DNA of 63,053 nt, the filler included, from Reticulomyxa filosa (taxonomy: Eukaryota; Protista; Foraminifera): assembly GCA_000512085.1 (NCBI GenBank). It is 16 parts of 16 records of this genome, joined end to end, with 100 filler letters (N's around TTAATTAATTAA, not from the genome) between each part and the next. Parts side by side here need not be neighbours in the genome. Positions count along the whole stretch, not along the records: positions 24,301 to 25,554 come from ASPP01013763.1; positions 25,655 to 28,099 come from ASPP01028036.1; positions 28,200 to 31,018 come from ASPP01015883.1; positions 31,119 to 32,661 come from ASPP01023650.1; positions 32,762 to 35,809 come from ASPP01036652.1; positions 35,910 to 43,308 come from ASPP01005962.1; 10 more parts are not named here. The stretch is one strand, 5' to 3'. Of the stretch, positions 24,733-38,620 are shown one piece after another. The first letter of the stretch is position 1, and the number at the start of each line of letters is the position of its first letter. The position numbers were made by a program, and so were the translations under genes. Under the pieces are notes generated by a model. That model made no database searches, was not told the DNA's origin, and worked only from the letters and a program-made list of their open reading frames with translations.

Positions 24733-25500
24733 ATGTCAAGCAATTTGGAACGAGAAAAGCGCCGTTTGGAGCGTTTAAAGAAGGATTTGGACGCCCAGCA
24801 GAAAAAATTAGATGAAGAGAAGTCAAGTCTTCGACAGGAAAAGAAGCAACTGGAGGCCGATAAGAACAAAATGCAAAGACAAGAGAAAATGCTCAAAGTA
24901 CAAAAAAACGCAGCCACTCGTTCGCCAAATTTAAGTCCACGATCATCAGACCGACCTCGAATGTCCTTAGTTTAGTCTGCGATTGTACTGTTATTAAGAG
25001 AAGGAGATCAGGCAACAAGGGAGGGAGAGAGAGCAGAGGACCAATAGGTCATTTAGTAATCCAACACAAAAATGAGACCTCAAAAAAATTTTTTTTTTTG
25101 AATGAGTTGCAATGTGACCATTATTTGAAAAAAAAAAGAAACACTTTTAAAGCAAATCCCGTTGACTTTGGTCAATTCGGTTGGGATGCAATTACGAGGT
25201 CACATGGTTCCATTCCCTCTCCCCCCCCCAAAACAATCAAAGATTTTTTTTTTCCCTTAAAAAAAAAAAACATTGGAATACTGGATAAAGTGAGGCAATA
25301 ACACACTACTGTTACAATACCAAATATAATGATAAAGTCCAAACAACCGCGTGTCCAAAAACTGGAGCGTGAATTGGCGGATTTCAAAAAACGATACGAA
25401 ATAAAGGCCAAGCAAACGCGAGATGAAAAGACGCGAATTGAAGAATTGGAAGGCGAAATACGTATACTGAAACGCAAATTGAAAAATGCAAAATTGAGGT
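24733..25500 (+). CDS. Coiled-coil protein, 5' part
   Basis: Heptad-rich exons MSSNLEREKRRLERLKKDL.. and SKQPRVQKLERELADFKKRY..; contig ends after the last exon. Confidence 0.55.
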
Positions 25501-25521
25501 ATTATAGAAAATGTATATAAT

Positions 25522-25553
<32 letters not shown>

Positions 25554-25686
25554 GNNNNNNNNNNNNNNNNNNNNNNNNNNNNNNNNNNNNNNNNNNNNTT
25601 AATTAATTAANNNNNNNNNNNNNNNNNNNNNNNNNNNNNNNNNNNNNNNNNNNNTACAATTTGTTTCAAAGAAATCCTTTCATTGT

Positions 25687-28080
25687 TTACAAAGCAGTGT
25701 ATAATCTAGTGATGCTATCACTGCATGATGCAATAATCCAAGGTTGTTTGGGATGGAACTGGATATCAAGAACCCTGTGATTAGTGGGTCGTTTTTTATT
25801 AGGATTATTTCGATTGACATTAATAATTTTCAATGGAATTAAAACAGGATCAGCATAAACATCTCGAAACATTTTGCAATAAAATATTTTAATAGTCCCA
25901 TCGTCTCCGCAAGTGGCCCATAAATGACTATATTTTCTGGAAGGATGAAATATACATTTTCGAACAGCTTTTTTATGGAATCGAAAGGTCTTGTATGGTT
26001 TATGTGATAAATCAATATCATACCAACAAACACGTCCATCCATCCCTCCACTAATTATATTTAAACCTTCTTTGTGTAAATCAAATGTATTGATCCACGA
26101 CAACGTGGTTAAAAATTTTCCAATTAGTTTGCAAACACTTAAATCAAAGCAGTGAATACTTTGTTTACATGCAACATAAATATAAGGCCTTCTTGGATGA
26201 AATAAAACATCCTGAATTTCGCCAATTGCTTTTGTAAATGGAATTTGGGATGAAAATTTTCCAAAACGATGAATAATTAATGCTGCTGTTTGTTTTTGAG
26301 GACGCCATGTTGCAAAATATTCACCCTTTGCGTGCCAACACGCACCTATATTTTCATTGTAAGTTATTTATATTTTTGCTTTCATAATATACATTATGTT
26401 ATGTCATATAGTGTTGGAGATCAAATTAATTAAAAAAAAAAATAACCTGTTAAATAATTCAACATATTAACACAAACAACGTTATGATTAACCAATTTGT
26501 AAGTCTCACAAATGGTGTTGGATTTATGGCCATGAAATGTAATGAAACACCATCTCGCAGCAATATTGATATCATTTGTATTGAGTTCAATTTTTTCATC
26601 TTCATCCTCATTTTTGTCTTCGTTTTCGCTTTCATCTTCATCGTTTTTTTTTTTTAGGCTGAGGGTTTTGTGATTTGGACTGCTCATCAAGTTTTTTCTT
26701 TTCGTTATAAGCCTCAATTTGTTGAGAGATAGCCAGAAAGGTTTGTGGAATTTTCCAGCCAAATTCACTGGTAATTTTAGCAATGAGTTCGGGCCAATGT
26801 GACAACTCTTCCAATAGATTTTGTTTGAATAGTTTCATTGTCTCTTCCAAACCCAATCGAGGGATAATCAATTCATTCTTTTCATTTCGAATGGACAATG
26901 ACTCTTTTTTGAATTGCGTGATCACATTTACCACGTGAGTATGATAATCGTCAGCGTTGGTAATAAATGACAATGGAATCAATATGCATCTGTGTTTCAC
27001 AACGACCATAAGCAACGGTTTGTATATCAATGGATTAAATCGAACACTTTCCACACGACTCGTTGTTCCGAAGCTGTGACGCCAAAATTCACGACCAGTC
27101 TCTATTTCCCATACTCGAACGGTTCCATCATCCGATCCTTTTTTTTTTTTTACATTGAAGGCGGTACACATAAACAAGAGGAAGCATTAAACAAAAGGAA
27201 TCGTACCAGTGGCCAGCCATGTCCCACAGGGCGAGATATCGAGACATCGAACGGTGTGAGAATGGCCAACAAATTCCAAGGACAAAATTTCGGGAAAAGG
27301 TTTAAGATCATGAACGCTCGGCAACTTAGGTAGTGCGTCCTTTGGATCAATGATGGTTCGAGTACGCACTTGTCGCGGACACAGATACAAGTCCAGACAT
27401 CGTTCGAATCGCTCTTGTAAGAAGTTACCATAAGCGGGGACCTTGCGCAACGAATCGTATTTGCGAGGGATAATACGACCGAAGCGACTATTGGACAAAA
27501 AGTTTTCGCGTTGTTGTTTGGTAAGCAAATACTCATTGGGTGGATTGTACGATTCGGCGTGCGATGGAAGTCGCTCTTTGGGCGGGGCCAATATCGATCG
27601 GTTTTGGACTGGCTTATGACTCTCCGACCACGCGTCGTAAAGCTAGAGATAAGCAGAAATGTATACATTTAAAAACAAAACCAAACGACTGCGGTCAAAT
27701 GTGAAATGATATTACACACATTATACACTTTACTCAATTCACACAACTTTGGCAGTCATTGCGCTGCTCGACGCATTGCGCTCTCTCTTTTCTTTGTTTC
27801 GATTGCGAAAGATTTTACCGTATTTGTCTACTTTAAGCCATCCGTTGCGAATGGCTCGGACGTATGTCAAAATCGATTTGTAATCGGATTTGCTTATGGT
27901 AAATGAATTCTTCGGAAGCTTTCCGCCGGTGGTGATATCAAACTCTTCCGTGTCTGGCAGCCCTGGATCAAATATTGGAGCTGCAGATTTCCCTTTTCGA
28001 ATTCGATGGATTATTGCCATATCACGTTCACTCAATGTTACTTTTTTGTCGTTTTCTCGATCATATAATGTTCGTCTTTA
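25687..28080 (-). CDS. BOP1: Ribosome biogenesis protein BOP1/Erb1 (WD40), 5' partial
   Basis: APPKERLPSHAESYNPPNEYL, YDSLRKVPAY..ERFERCLDLYLCPR, LPKLPSVHDLKPFP, GHSHTVRCL, SDDGTVRVWE, YDIDLSHKPYKTFRFHKKAVR, VLDIQFHPKQPWI. Confidence 0.96.
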
Positions 28081-28199
28081 TTTTGTTTAAAAAAAAAAAN
28101 NNNNNNNNNNNNNNNNNNNNNNNNNNNNNNNNNNNNNNNNNNNTTAATTAATTAANNNNNNNNNNNNNNNNNNNNNNNNNNNNNNNNNNNNNNNNNNNN

Positions 28200-28239
<40 letters not shown>

Positions 28240-28248
28240 CCAAACTGT

Positions 28249-29633
28249 TTGGTTGGAACCTGGGACATGTTGTGGGTATGGAGACAACAGCAACGACGCG
28301 AAGGAAGAGGAAAAAAAAGAGGCCGACGAAAAGAAGGAGCCAAAGACAAAGGCGAAACGGAGCCACTAGTGATACCCGACGTGAATTTGAGAATGGACTT
28401 AGTCGTGTCGACCTTCCAAGAAGCTTTTTCATTTCGCCAAGTTTGGGGAATGGAGTCGGCATCCCAGACGTCCGCACATGCATTTTCCGGATGGAGGGAG
28501 AGCATGCTGTTCGCCGCAGGCATTGCCACGTCTGTTTTTCTAGGATTTAGCAAAAATCCAAAATATGTATGGGACTGTCCGTCCAAGCTATTGCAAGCCG
28601 GTGGTGATATTATCCCTTTTCGAAGTGTGGTTGGAGGAAACGGCATGTCTATTGGGACATCGCTTGTGGACAGTGGATTGTGTATTTTATCGACCTGGGA
28701 TCCATTAGACTCTGGTTTTTTTTTTGAACCCACTTATATTATTATAAACGTATACACATACCATAAATGGATTATAACTATGCATTTCTTTCGAATGTGA
28801 TAAATAGGTTTTTATGCTTACAAGAACTATCCATTAACAAAAGGCAGTTCACGCGCAAAACCTCATGAGGAAGTGTTTGCGAACAAAGGGCTCCTATGGT
28901 GTTATTTTAATAATGACCAGGCATTCAAGGATCGTTCCACAGACTCCAAACCGGACCAAGTGTATATGGAGTGGCATGAACACCACCTCAAACTGGTCTT
29001 GGATAAAAATCCCACACACTCCGACATTGGCACTCTTATCATTACCACTCATTTGACCACGCATAGGAAATATAAGCGATTGCAATTGGAAGAGTTCATC
29101 ACAGAGTTCCAAAAACTGAAAGAGCGATTCTTGGCCGAATGTAACATTCTCGAAATCTATATTACAGGTTTCTTGTTACTCACACATTCTTTTTTTTTTT
29201 GTACATGCATGCACGTGAGATTGTTGTCATCTACACTTTTTTTTTTTTTTTTTTTTTACTACGTTTAGGCGATTATAACTTGTGCTATTCGGATGTCGAC
29301 ATGGTGGTAACCCATGAAAGTGGTGAAACACTGCAGTTGCTGGACTATTTCCAAAAAAAACTTGGACTGACTCGAGTGAACCGTGGCAAACCCACAAGTG
29401 CGGCTATGGACCGTTGTTTGGATCACATATGGATGTGGCGGGGAGGAGGGAGGGGGGCTGATGCTGACGAGCAAACATTGCAAGATATTATTGTCCTCAA
29501 TGACGAACCGCAGAAACCATGGGTTTTGGAAAAAGATGGCATGTGTCAACGAGAAAAAGGACTGTTGGCTGATCATATGTGGCAAGGTATCGTTATTCGG
29601 GATGCCACTGATGAACAGCAAACTTTGCAATAA
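28249..29633 (+). CDS. Endonuclease/exonuclease/phosphatase (EEP) enzyme, neutral-sphingomyelinase-like (5' partial)
   Basis: EEP catalytic motifs in order: DLVVSTFQEAF, DSGLCILS, FANKGLL, LIITTHL, ITG|DYN, LDHIW, LADH. Confidence 0.82.
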
Positions 29634-30442
29634 TCTCTTCCTATTTTTTTTTTTTTTTTTTCGTTCCACAAAAAAACCTTTTTTTCTCTTCGAGAGAAGA
29701 ATATCACACAATTCGTGGTTGTGGACGCTTTAGCGAGTACACAAAGGTTATTCATCCATGCTTTGATGAGTTAACCCAATCAATTACCTTTAATTTTTTT
29801 TGCTTTGTTTTTAGTTGGGCAATATTGCAATTTTGCATTCGACGCTAAGTATAAGCAAAACAGTACTATAAATCAGACTAACATATGATTCATATAAGTA
29901 AACAACAACAAAAAATAACAAAGCTGTAAAACATCAAAAGAAAAAAATTCGTTTTTTTTGGATTAAGTTTTTGAATCGAAAAAAATATAAGTGTTTGTTA
30001 GTTTTAATTCTGCTTGTTTTCTGAGGGTGATCTGAATTCAAATTGCAAGTTCTCTCATATATTTGATTAATCACTATTTTTTAGAAATAAAAAATAAATT
30101 TACATTATAACAAAAGGAATACAAATTTGGAGTGTGTACTCATTTTTACGTTCTGATCCTATGAAACTGATAAAGGTTTAGAATAGATACTACGGCCTTT
30201 TAATATTTATTGGATCTATCTTCTCGCTTGAGGTACCAATATTATGATAAATATTTTTAAAATTTTTTTGATACTTAGACCCAAGATTTTAAAACTAGTA
30301 TTACTTTCAATTTTGTTGAACATGCCATTTCACCTTTTTCAAATGCAATGATGAAATTTATATTATTTAGACGTCCTTTTGTACTAAAAGATTGTTGTTA
30401 AGTCGTTTTTTTTTGGAAGGGGTCTAATAAAACCTAAAAATC

Positions 30443-30945
30443 ATGTCTTTTGAAAGAGATAACTGGCGGCTTGCGTCACAGCCAACTGTTCCTCCACAAA
30501 AAAAAAGGCGAATAGATAGGACCAGTTCGTCGCAGCCATTATTGGAAGTTCCAATAAAACCACGAACGGCAAAAAAACGCTCAGAACAATTAGGCCAAAT
30601 GTACCCAAGAGGTGCCTATGGCTGTCACTGCTTGCCCCACAACCAAAGCAGCCGTTGGGGATTTTTTGTGCAATTACTGTCCAGAAAGATAAAGGACTAC
30701 CGCGATTTAATATCTATATTGCGTGAGTTCGCCGGCGGTAATGAAGTTTGCTTTCATTTCTTTCTCCTTTATAAAAAAGATGTGATTTGGATTACAAGAG
30801 CAACACAAAACAAAAGCAGAAAGCAAGATTGTTGGAAAAGGTCTGAAGCAGTTTCTGACAGCAATAATGACCACAAAAGAACAACAAGTGTTTTACAATG
30901 TTGTTTTGCCTTTCATGCAACGAAGTGCATGTGCATTGCCTGAAG
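30443..30945 (+). CDS. Hypothetical protein, 5' part
   Basis: ATG-initiated ORF with an NLS-like PPQKKRR, probably spliced after ~30746. No recognised domain. Confidence 0.45.
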
Positions 30946-31149
30946 TCTAGTAATACATATGTATATGCATATATATGTATATATATATTTGTATGTACAT
31001 AATTTATTTTTTTGGGGGNNNNNNNNNNNNNNNNNNNNNNNNNNNNNNNNNNNNNNNNNNNNTTAATTAATTAANNNNNNNNNNNNNNNNNNNNNNNNNN
31101 NNNNNNNNNNNNNNNNNNAAAAAAAAAAAAAAAAAAAAATCATATATGT

Positions 31150-31813
31150 ATATGTATAAATCGCAAGTAATGTGACACCATTTGCTGTGTCGTCAAATAT
31201 AATTGCTTCAAAGTTTCATAGTCCTTTCGTCCTTGCTCGAATAGTGCTTTCAATCCTGCCGCGTCTATGACTGGCAGGTGGTAATATCTCCTCTGCTCTT
31301 TCACATGCAATCTCGATGAGTTACCCACTGATGGTGGCTCCGTCTTTCGCGCTGCTTCTGGTCTTCCTGCTCCGTCGTGTGCCTCCCACAACGAAGACCG
31401 CGATGAACCACCACTACTTTGCGATAACGTGCTACTATTCTCGCTCCCGTTCCCCTGATTCATTGATGACTCATTTTTCTCATTGCCGTTCGGCTCAATG
31501 TCCCCAGTCGTCATTGTGCCCTCCTTCGATTGCAATTGCTCGAGCAAAATTTGCTGTTGCAATGGCAGGCTATAACACAATAAATAACGCCATGATATAC
31601 TCCGGCGCTTAAACAGCTCCAACAAATAACGCTCTGCTTCAACGCTTATCACACTCGATTTTCTGATCTTTTCTTCCCAAGCTGGAAAATGAGAAGGATC
31701 ATTATCTACTTCCAAGGTCAGCTTCGGTGGGATAGCTTGCATATCGAAGAGCTTTGATTTTTAAAATATAGCCCCCCCCCTTAAACACTTGTTCGTTCGT
31801 GACAAATCTCATT
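31150..31813 (-). CDS. Hypothetical protein, 5' part
   Basis: 200-aa open frame with coding-like GC content and a putative short first exon MRFVTNEQ followed by a GT-AG intron. Confidence 0.5.
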
Positions 31814-31864
31814 CACAGAAAAAAAACATAAATGAAAAACCCTTAAAATTTAATATAATGTATG

Positions 31865-32396
31865 GCAGCCGCGAGTTGTGTAACTGTTGTCAAATTGGAT
31901 TCGAACGTCTTCGAATAATATTGCACTTGTGCAGTCTACACATATATTATTTATACGCTTTTAAACATTACAAAAACAACCCCTTTGTTATAATGTTCTT
32001 CAATACTGTAATAATTGATAATATTGCAATACAGTACACCGCATGATCGCAGTATCTACTGTATGCTAATAATTTAATGTAAACTAGTTGTAACTGTAAA
32101 AATTTGAATGAAAAAAATTAATTAAAACAAAAACAAAGAAACCACAATAAATATTTAAAAAAACAACTCAAATATTACACAGTTAAAGCACATCAATATT
32201 GCTGACAATAGATAACAGTATCAAAGTTGAGTCATTGAACTTTTGTCATAGTTATAAACATACAGTATAAATGACTTCATACTGTGTTTATCGCATCGTA
32301 TATTGCCTACTAGCACGTGTGTTATGACAACACAACGCCGACTAACACCAACATCAAATAACACTCAAACTATACAATTATAAATAATAGCAACAG
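31865..32396 (-). ncRNA. Candidate structured non-coding RNA(s): hairpin cluster
   Basis: At least five stems (31877-31942, 31964-31997, 32026-32066, 32254-32291, 32311-32344) plus an enclosing helix. Many mismatches resolve as G-U pairs only on the minus strand. Confidence 0.5.
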
Positions 32397-32761
32397 TTCA
32401 ATACCAATTCAAATAACTTAATTTATTTCACAACTTAAAAAAAAAAAAATAAAATTTTACGTTAGCAAATACTAAAAAAACGGTTCATTGTAAAATGTAA
32501 TCATGCAACAATTTTCTCTAAATTACAAGCAATAAATTTGATTTTTTGATGTATTTATATATATGGGGGGTTCCGAAAAATCACACATGCATAACACTTT
32601 TTTAAATAATTATCATTGTATTTGTAATTTAAAAATTATTATATTATTCTTTTTTCATTATNNNNNNNNNNNNNNNNNNNNNNNNNNNNNNNNNNNNNNN
32701 NNNNNTTAATTAATTAANNNNNNNNNNNNNNNNNNNNNNNNNNNNNNNNNNNNNNNNNNNN

Positions 32762-33560
32762 TGATAACAGAAAACTCAATGAAACGTGATATTACAGAAC
32801 AACAAAAAATGGAGATTCAACGAATGAAGCAAACAATCATAGAACTGAACCAATACATACAAAAGAAGGATAAGGAAATAAGCAACTAAGAAAGTGACAA
32901 GAAACAGATGGAACGACAAATGATACAATATCGAACAGATGGTGAAAAATCAAAGATGGAAAAAGAAATAAAGGTGCTGGAATATAACGAAATAGAATAT
33001 AAATATCGAGCAATGAGAGAACAACTTGAATTAGCAGAATTAAAAATAAAAGACTTTCAAGGAAGGATCGAACTATTCCAAAATCCATCTAACTGCCTAT
33101 CTCTCTTGCTTTCTTGGTTGCAATCCAAACGCAAGGCACACAGCATTGAACAGTGTTGATAAATGAAGAAAGAGATTAGAGATAGAGTTAGTTGTATTTT
33201 ACGACCCCATCGCTGCAAGAGTTTCACGAGCTCACAATTCAAAATCCGAGTGCTCAATCTCTGCATTAACAAAATTAGCACCATTTCCATAATGACCGAG
33301 CGTTCATTGTTTGTTGGAGCTGGTAGACTGCATTTCGACGACCTCTTTGGTACTATGCTGCGCTACAATTATTCGAAGAAATTTTTATGCGCCTATGTTG
33401 ATTGAAAACGTTCTTTCCAATGATTTGGATTGCCACTGACTCACATTTTCCATTGTGCGTGATATGGGAAGTTAGGCGACGCCCGCGAATGGCGACTTTG
33501 CGCGTTTCCAGGAATGAAAAACGATTACATAGCCAAACTTAATAAAGCCGGCTAACTGGT
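32762..33560 (+). pseudogene. Decayed coiled-coil repeat-family gene
   Basis: Coiled-coil-like coding text broken by many stops and frameshifts. Confidence 0.5.
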
Positions 33561-35909
33561 TATATATATATTTTTAAAAAAATATATATATATAATCAAA
33601 TTTAACACTATATATGATTGAAATCTTTTTTCTTCTAATCTCACTATTCTTGCTTTCTGGTATCTTGACACGGGTTTCGCACAACCCCTCCACCGATTGG
33701 GTCACTTTCACATAGAACAATTCTCTTCATGTAGTCGTTTGCTCCATCGCCATAAATGGGCATTTCATGACAACTTATCTTCCCTTTTTTTCCATCGCTT
33801 TCCACTTCTTCGTCAATTCAGTCGCTACACCATATAATGTCAAACCCCATCTTCTTTTTTTTCTTTTTGAAGATCTTACTTTTATGTTATGGCGGCATCA
33901 AGGTCTACATTGTTTGGAATTGGCTGGAAGAATCTTGACATACTGTTCTATTGTTATCATATAATGGACGTCTTTCAACTACGAAACTCATCCAATTTCT
34001 TTGCCCTTGTGATGAGGGATACACTTTGATCTTGGATAAAGCTTATTATTGAAAATGCCCGTATCATCGACATACGTCCATTAGACAATGTTTGAATTGG
34101 CTATCCAGTGATGAAAAGGTAGCATTTTTATTTTCTTCTTCATTATTGGACGTATTTTTTGTTGATCTTCTTTCTTCCTTTCTTGCGATGCCATGATTGA
34201 ACGTGCGGTCTTGATTACGCCAAAAAGTCTCTACGTCTTTACAATTCAAAACTGATTATTCGAATCCAATTCAAACGAACACAAATTGGCGACCCACCCT
34301 TCATTGTTCACCAAGTGCTAGGACAATTTGGCGAATACAAAGTATTTAGTCTCATCCAAACATGTCTTCTATAGCCCATAGTCGAACAAGCGCCGACCAT
34401 CTTTGCTAAATTGTCTCCTGGATTGATAAACACAATGAATGCACTCTCGCAGCGATGGAGTTAGAAAATGTATCCAAATATCTATTCACCAATCATAAAT
34501 GCTCAACGTCTCGCAAGTTCATGATTAAAACCCAAAATTGCGAATTTGCGCACGCATACGACGACTTTTGATTGTTGTTCTGCGTTCATAAAGTTGCGCC
34601 ATTTTAATAACAACAAGTTTCCTTTGTTTGTTGGCGTTTATCTTCTTCTTTGGTGATGTGCAGCGCCCAGAGTTTTTCGCAAAGACTTGTGCGCATACAT
34701 TGACACAAACAAGTTTATTCCAAATCTTCAAGTAGGACACGCACATGGCACTATAATGAGCAACACAAACAATGGTTGGTTGGATGACAACTTTGGAGAA
34801 AATTATTGGCACTGGAAAACTTGGCGGTGTTCAACGGGTTTGTGGACGCATTTGTAAAAAACACAAAAGTAATGCAGCGCTATTACAACGAGTCAGTTCC
34901 ACATGAGAAGTCGTTGTCTGGAGAATGAGACAAAAAATTGAAAAGTTAATTGTGGTGACAACGCTGCGTCATGACAAAATGAACATTTCCGCATTTACTC
35001 AATATTTTCCATTGGGGTGCGATACATGATGTTAGGCCACGTCTGCGATCGGCGAATTTGCGCGTTTCCAGATATCCACAAAATTGCTTTTTTATTTCTT
35101 ATTTTCTTTTTTTTCTCTTTTATTTTTTTTTCTTTTTCTTTTTAATCTTTTTTTTTCATTTTTTACCATTTTCGTTTTGTTTTGTTTTTTTTTTTCATTT
35201 TTTACCATTGCATTTTGTTTTTTTTTTCATTTTCCAACATTTTTTTCTTCTAATTTTTATTTTCCAATATTTTTTTCTTATCACTTTTATTTTTTCATTT
35301 TCTCTACCACCACCCACACCAACCCCCCCCTTTTTTCTAATCATTTTTGCACTTTTTTTTTTCCCATCCCTTTTTCTTTTCAACAATTTCCCAATCCCTC
35401 TCAAATAAAAAAATAAAATAAAAAATAAAAATATAACACAAAAAAACTTTCCAACTTTTGCAATTGAATCCTATAAACACATCAAAAAAGAAAAAATTAT
35501 TTTATTTTTGAAAGAAAAAACAAAAAACGCACCTTGACAGTTTAGCTTAAAGCTCCAATTCCAATCATCTATTTTTTTTTCTTTTGTAACGGTGAGGGTG
35601 GACATAGAATTTTTTTTGATGGGGGCATGCCTATTGACGAACACACAAATATTTGACAAAATAAAATGAAAAAAAAACAAAAGAGTTTGAAATTTTATTT
35701 TTTTTTTTAATGTGGGGTGGCTTCAACCCCGAAGTTTTTCTTTGTTTGGAGTGGGGACGGGTACGTATCAATTTTATCTTTTTTTTTTGACAAACGGGTT
35801 GAGGCTGTTNNNNNNNNNNNNNNNNNNNNNNNNNNNNNNNNNNNNNNNNNNNNTTAATTAATTAANNNNNNNNNNNNNNNNNNNNNNNNNNNNNNNNNNN
35901 NNNNNNNNN

Positions 35910-35947
<38 letters not shown>

Positions 35948-36690
35948 GTTGTTTCAGAAAAGATGCCACACGTGAACCCGAATCGGGTAATAACAATCCA
36001 TTAGCTTCACCCAACAAAACAGAAGTTGTAATTGGAAACTGCGGAATACTATGATGATCATGACAACGTTGAATGTACTTTTTGAGCAAAGAGTTTTTAC
36101 TTCGATATTGCTCTAATTTATCACATAAATGCAACACGTAAGACCACAGCTCTTTGCCCATCAACGCATGCTCGATGTTGTCCACTGTCATATTGTCTGA
36201 CCGAACTGTAAAACTGTTCATGTCCATGACATCCATAATATACACAATCTCCCCGTATTCGATGGCTTTGTCCTTCACCAAACCGATCCCTTCCATTTTG
36301 TTTTATTTGTGTTTATTTCTTCTTCGCTCTTGTACACTTGTTCTCTTCTTCCTTTCGAGAAGCTTCCCCTTCATTGGAAAGTTCCAACCAAGGGACAGAG
36401 GGACATTTAAAAGAGGGGAAGAAGAGAGGGAAAAAAAATTGCAAGAGTAAAGTACGGAAAGAGAGGCAATGACGGGAAAAAAATGTCTCACATGATGAAT
36501 GACACTTGACGACATCCCCTTGCTGATATTCCATTTCTGGCAACTGACTGTTTTTGTTTTCGTTAACTGGAACAAGGCTTTTTTGGATATTGTTCTCCTT
36601 TCTTCTAAAGTCACTGCAACGTTTCTTTCAGAATGCGAAAAAGAAAATGATTGCACAAAGGTTCTTGTTGAGCCGTGAAATCGATGAGAG
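35910..36690 (-). CDS. Hypothetical protein, 5' part, running into poly-Asn
   Basis: Two coding-like exons separated by a T-rich then A-rich intron. No domain recognised. Confidence 0.45.
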
Positions 36691-37445
36691 CAGCGCGAGA
36701 TTTTGTCAGAACAAATGTTTTAACATTCATATTCTTTTGCTACGCACTATATTTTTTTGTTGCTATTGTAATATATTTTAAACACTTTTTTTCGCCTAAC
36801 TCCAAAATTCATTTAGATGCTTTCTTTTGAAAAGCATTAAAAGTAATATTCAACAGGACCTCAAAACAATGGTTTTAAAAAATGTGTGCACTAATTTCCA
36901 CGTCTTACGCTTAATGAATCTTTGCCTTTTAAAGTTTTTTGGTTGGCAGTTTTTTTAAACAGCAAGTTGATAAAATGGATCAAATTTTACTGTTGACAAA
37001 ATCGAAATTTTATTGGAGTCTGTTGTGTGAGTCCAACAATTTGAAGTAACTTTTCGGAGACATGAAGAATCCAAAATTTCAAATTTTTTTGTAAGAGCTT
37101 CAGAAGCCCTTTTTTTTGGAGAACATTTTGTTGCATGAAAACACACAAAACCAGCACGACGTTACGTACTAAAAAGAAAATTTTGGAAATTTCGGGATTT
37201 TTCTATCCCTACAGTAATAAAAAAAACAATGAAATTTGTTCAGTCACCGAAAATTCGAAGAAAGAAATAATTAGTTAAATTTTTTTGTGCTGATGGAAGT
37301 GTGAACATAAGGAAATGAGAAAAGCATAACAATTTGAGCTGCAAGGGTAAAGCATATTAGCACGGTGTTTATTCCAAATAAGAAAGCAAAAGCCGAACAA
37401 AAACTGTCAACACCACAAGCAAACCTATGAAACATAAGCAAGTTC

Positions 37446-38620
37446 TTAGTGTTTTTTGCCAGAACCACCAGTGGTAGGAACTCCCCAGGCAGTTTTGACA
37501 CTGTCGTAAATGAACCACTGCAAGCCAGTCAAGGTACCAATCATAAAGACTCTTGGACCGAAACCTTTCCATAAACCGCCAAATCCAATGCCTGCCTTGC
37601 CATTGTATCCCTTGTAAATTCTTCCAATACGAGCACCAATCGAGATAGAAGAATCAGGGCTTTTGCTCAACAAAGTGGCCATAGTGTCAGCAGGATGCGA
37701 TACCGCGCCGCATATCACACCAGCAGCGTATCCGGCCACAAATGTCCAGCCAAGTTGTTCGACCTTGTTGAAGGATGACTTTGGTCTGTTCCAGTTTTCT
37801 TCAGTCCAACCGTAAATGAACTCAATAATGCGCTCAAACGCAACAAATTTGATCACAGTGTAAGGGATTTGTCGTCCCCACAATGTCGGCAAAATTTGGA
37901 AAGCACCACGAGTACCTTCTTCACGTAACAAACGAGAAGCACCGTCCGCTAAGCCACGGCCGTATCCTGGTACGGTTTGAACTTTTAATTTCACTGTTTC
38001 CAATGGGCAAAGCAAAATGTCTGCAAAAAATTCGGCTGACGCGCTCGCTGCACTGTACAATAATGTACGGTGACGAGTTGCGTTTTCTTCACCAACGGCG
38101 TGGGCAAATTTATATTTGAAAAGCTATTGCATTTTTAAAAAAATTTTTGTCATACTTTTAAAAAAAGAACCCTCATTTCAAAAAAAAAATTCTTCCCATT
38201 TTTTTTTTTGCACAACAATTTTACCTCATAAAGACCGAATTTGCCCATTCCTTGCAACGAGTAACCAACGAGGGTTGGTGCCCAGCCTCGGAACAAAGCA
38301 CGGGTCCCTTGCTCACGTCCCCACATGGCCATGTTGCCCAACATACCTTTGTTGAATTTGGCTGGATCCGCTTGTGCGTTACACTTCACAACGTCCACAG
38401 GCGTCATAGCAAAGTGAGTCAAGCCACAGGACAACACACCACCTGTATTGTTCGGTTGTTCATTGTGGTCAAACACAAATATTCCAAGTGTCTCTTCATT
38501 CGATTTTGCCGTCTTTCAAAAAAGCGTGCTCTTGCAAAAAAACCTACCGTAGGCACATAAGATAAAGTATTTTGTGCTTCCATATTCCACTTTTTCAATT
38601 TTAGCAACTTTGTCAGTCAT
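37446..38620 (-). CDS. Mitochondrial phosphate carrier (PiC/MIR1/SLC25A3 family)
   Basis: MTDKVAKIEKVEYGSTKYFILCAY|GGVLSCGLTHFAMTPVDVVKC, GWAPTLVGYSLQGMGKFGLYE, ASASAEFFADILLCPLETVK, WGRQIPYTVIKF, MIGTLTGLQWFIYD. Confidence 0.96.

Noticed and set aside
33700-35050. Coding-like minus-strand sequence (also 40300-41220 and 43800-44600)
   Set aside because: Probably decayed genes or TEs, but no recognisable motif supports a call.
35058-35460. Phe-rich and Lys-rich ORFs
   Set aside because: They arise from T-rich low-complexity sequence with no coding signal.
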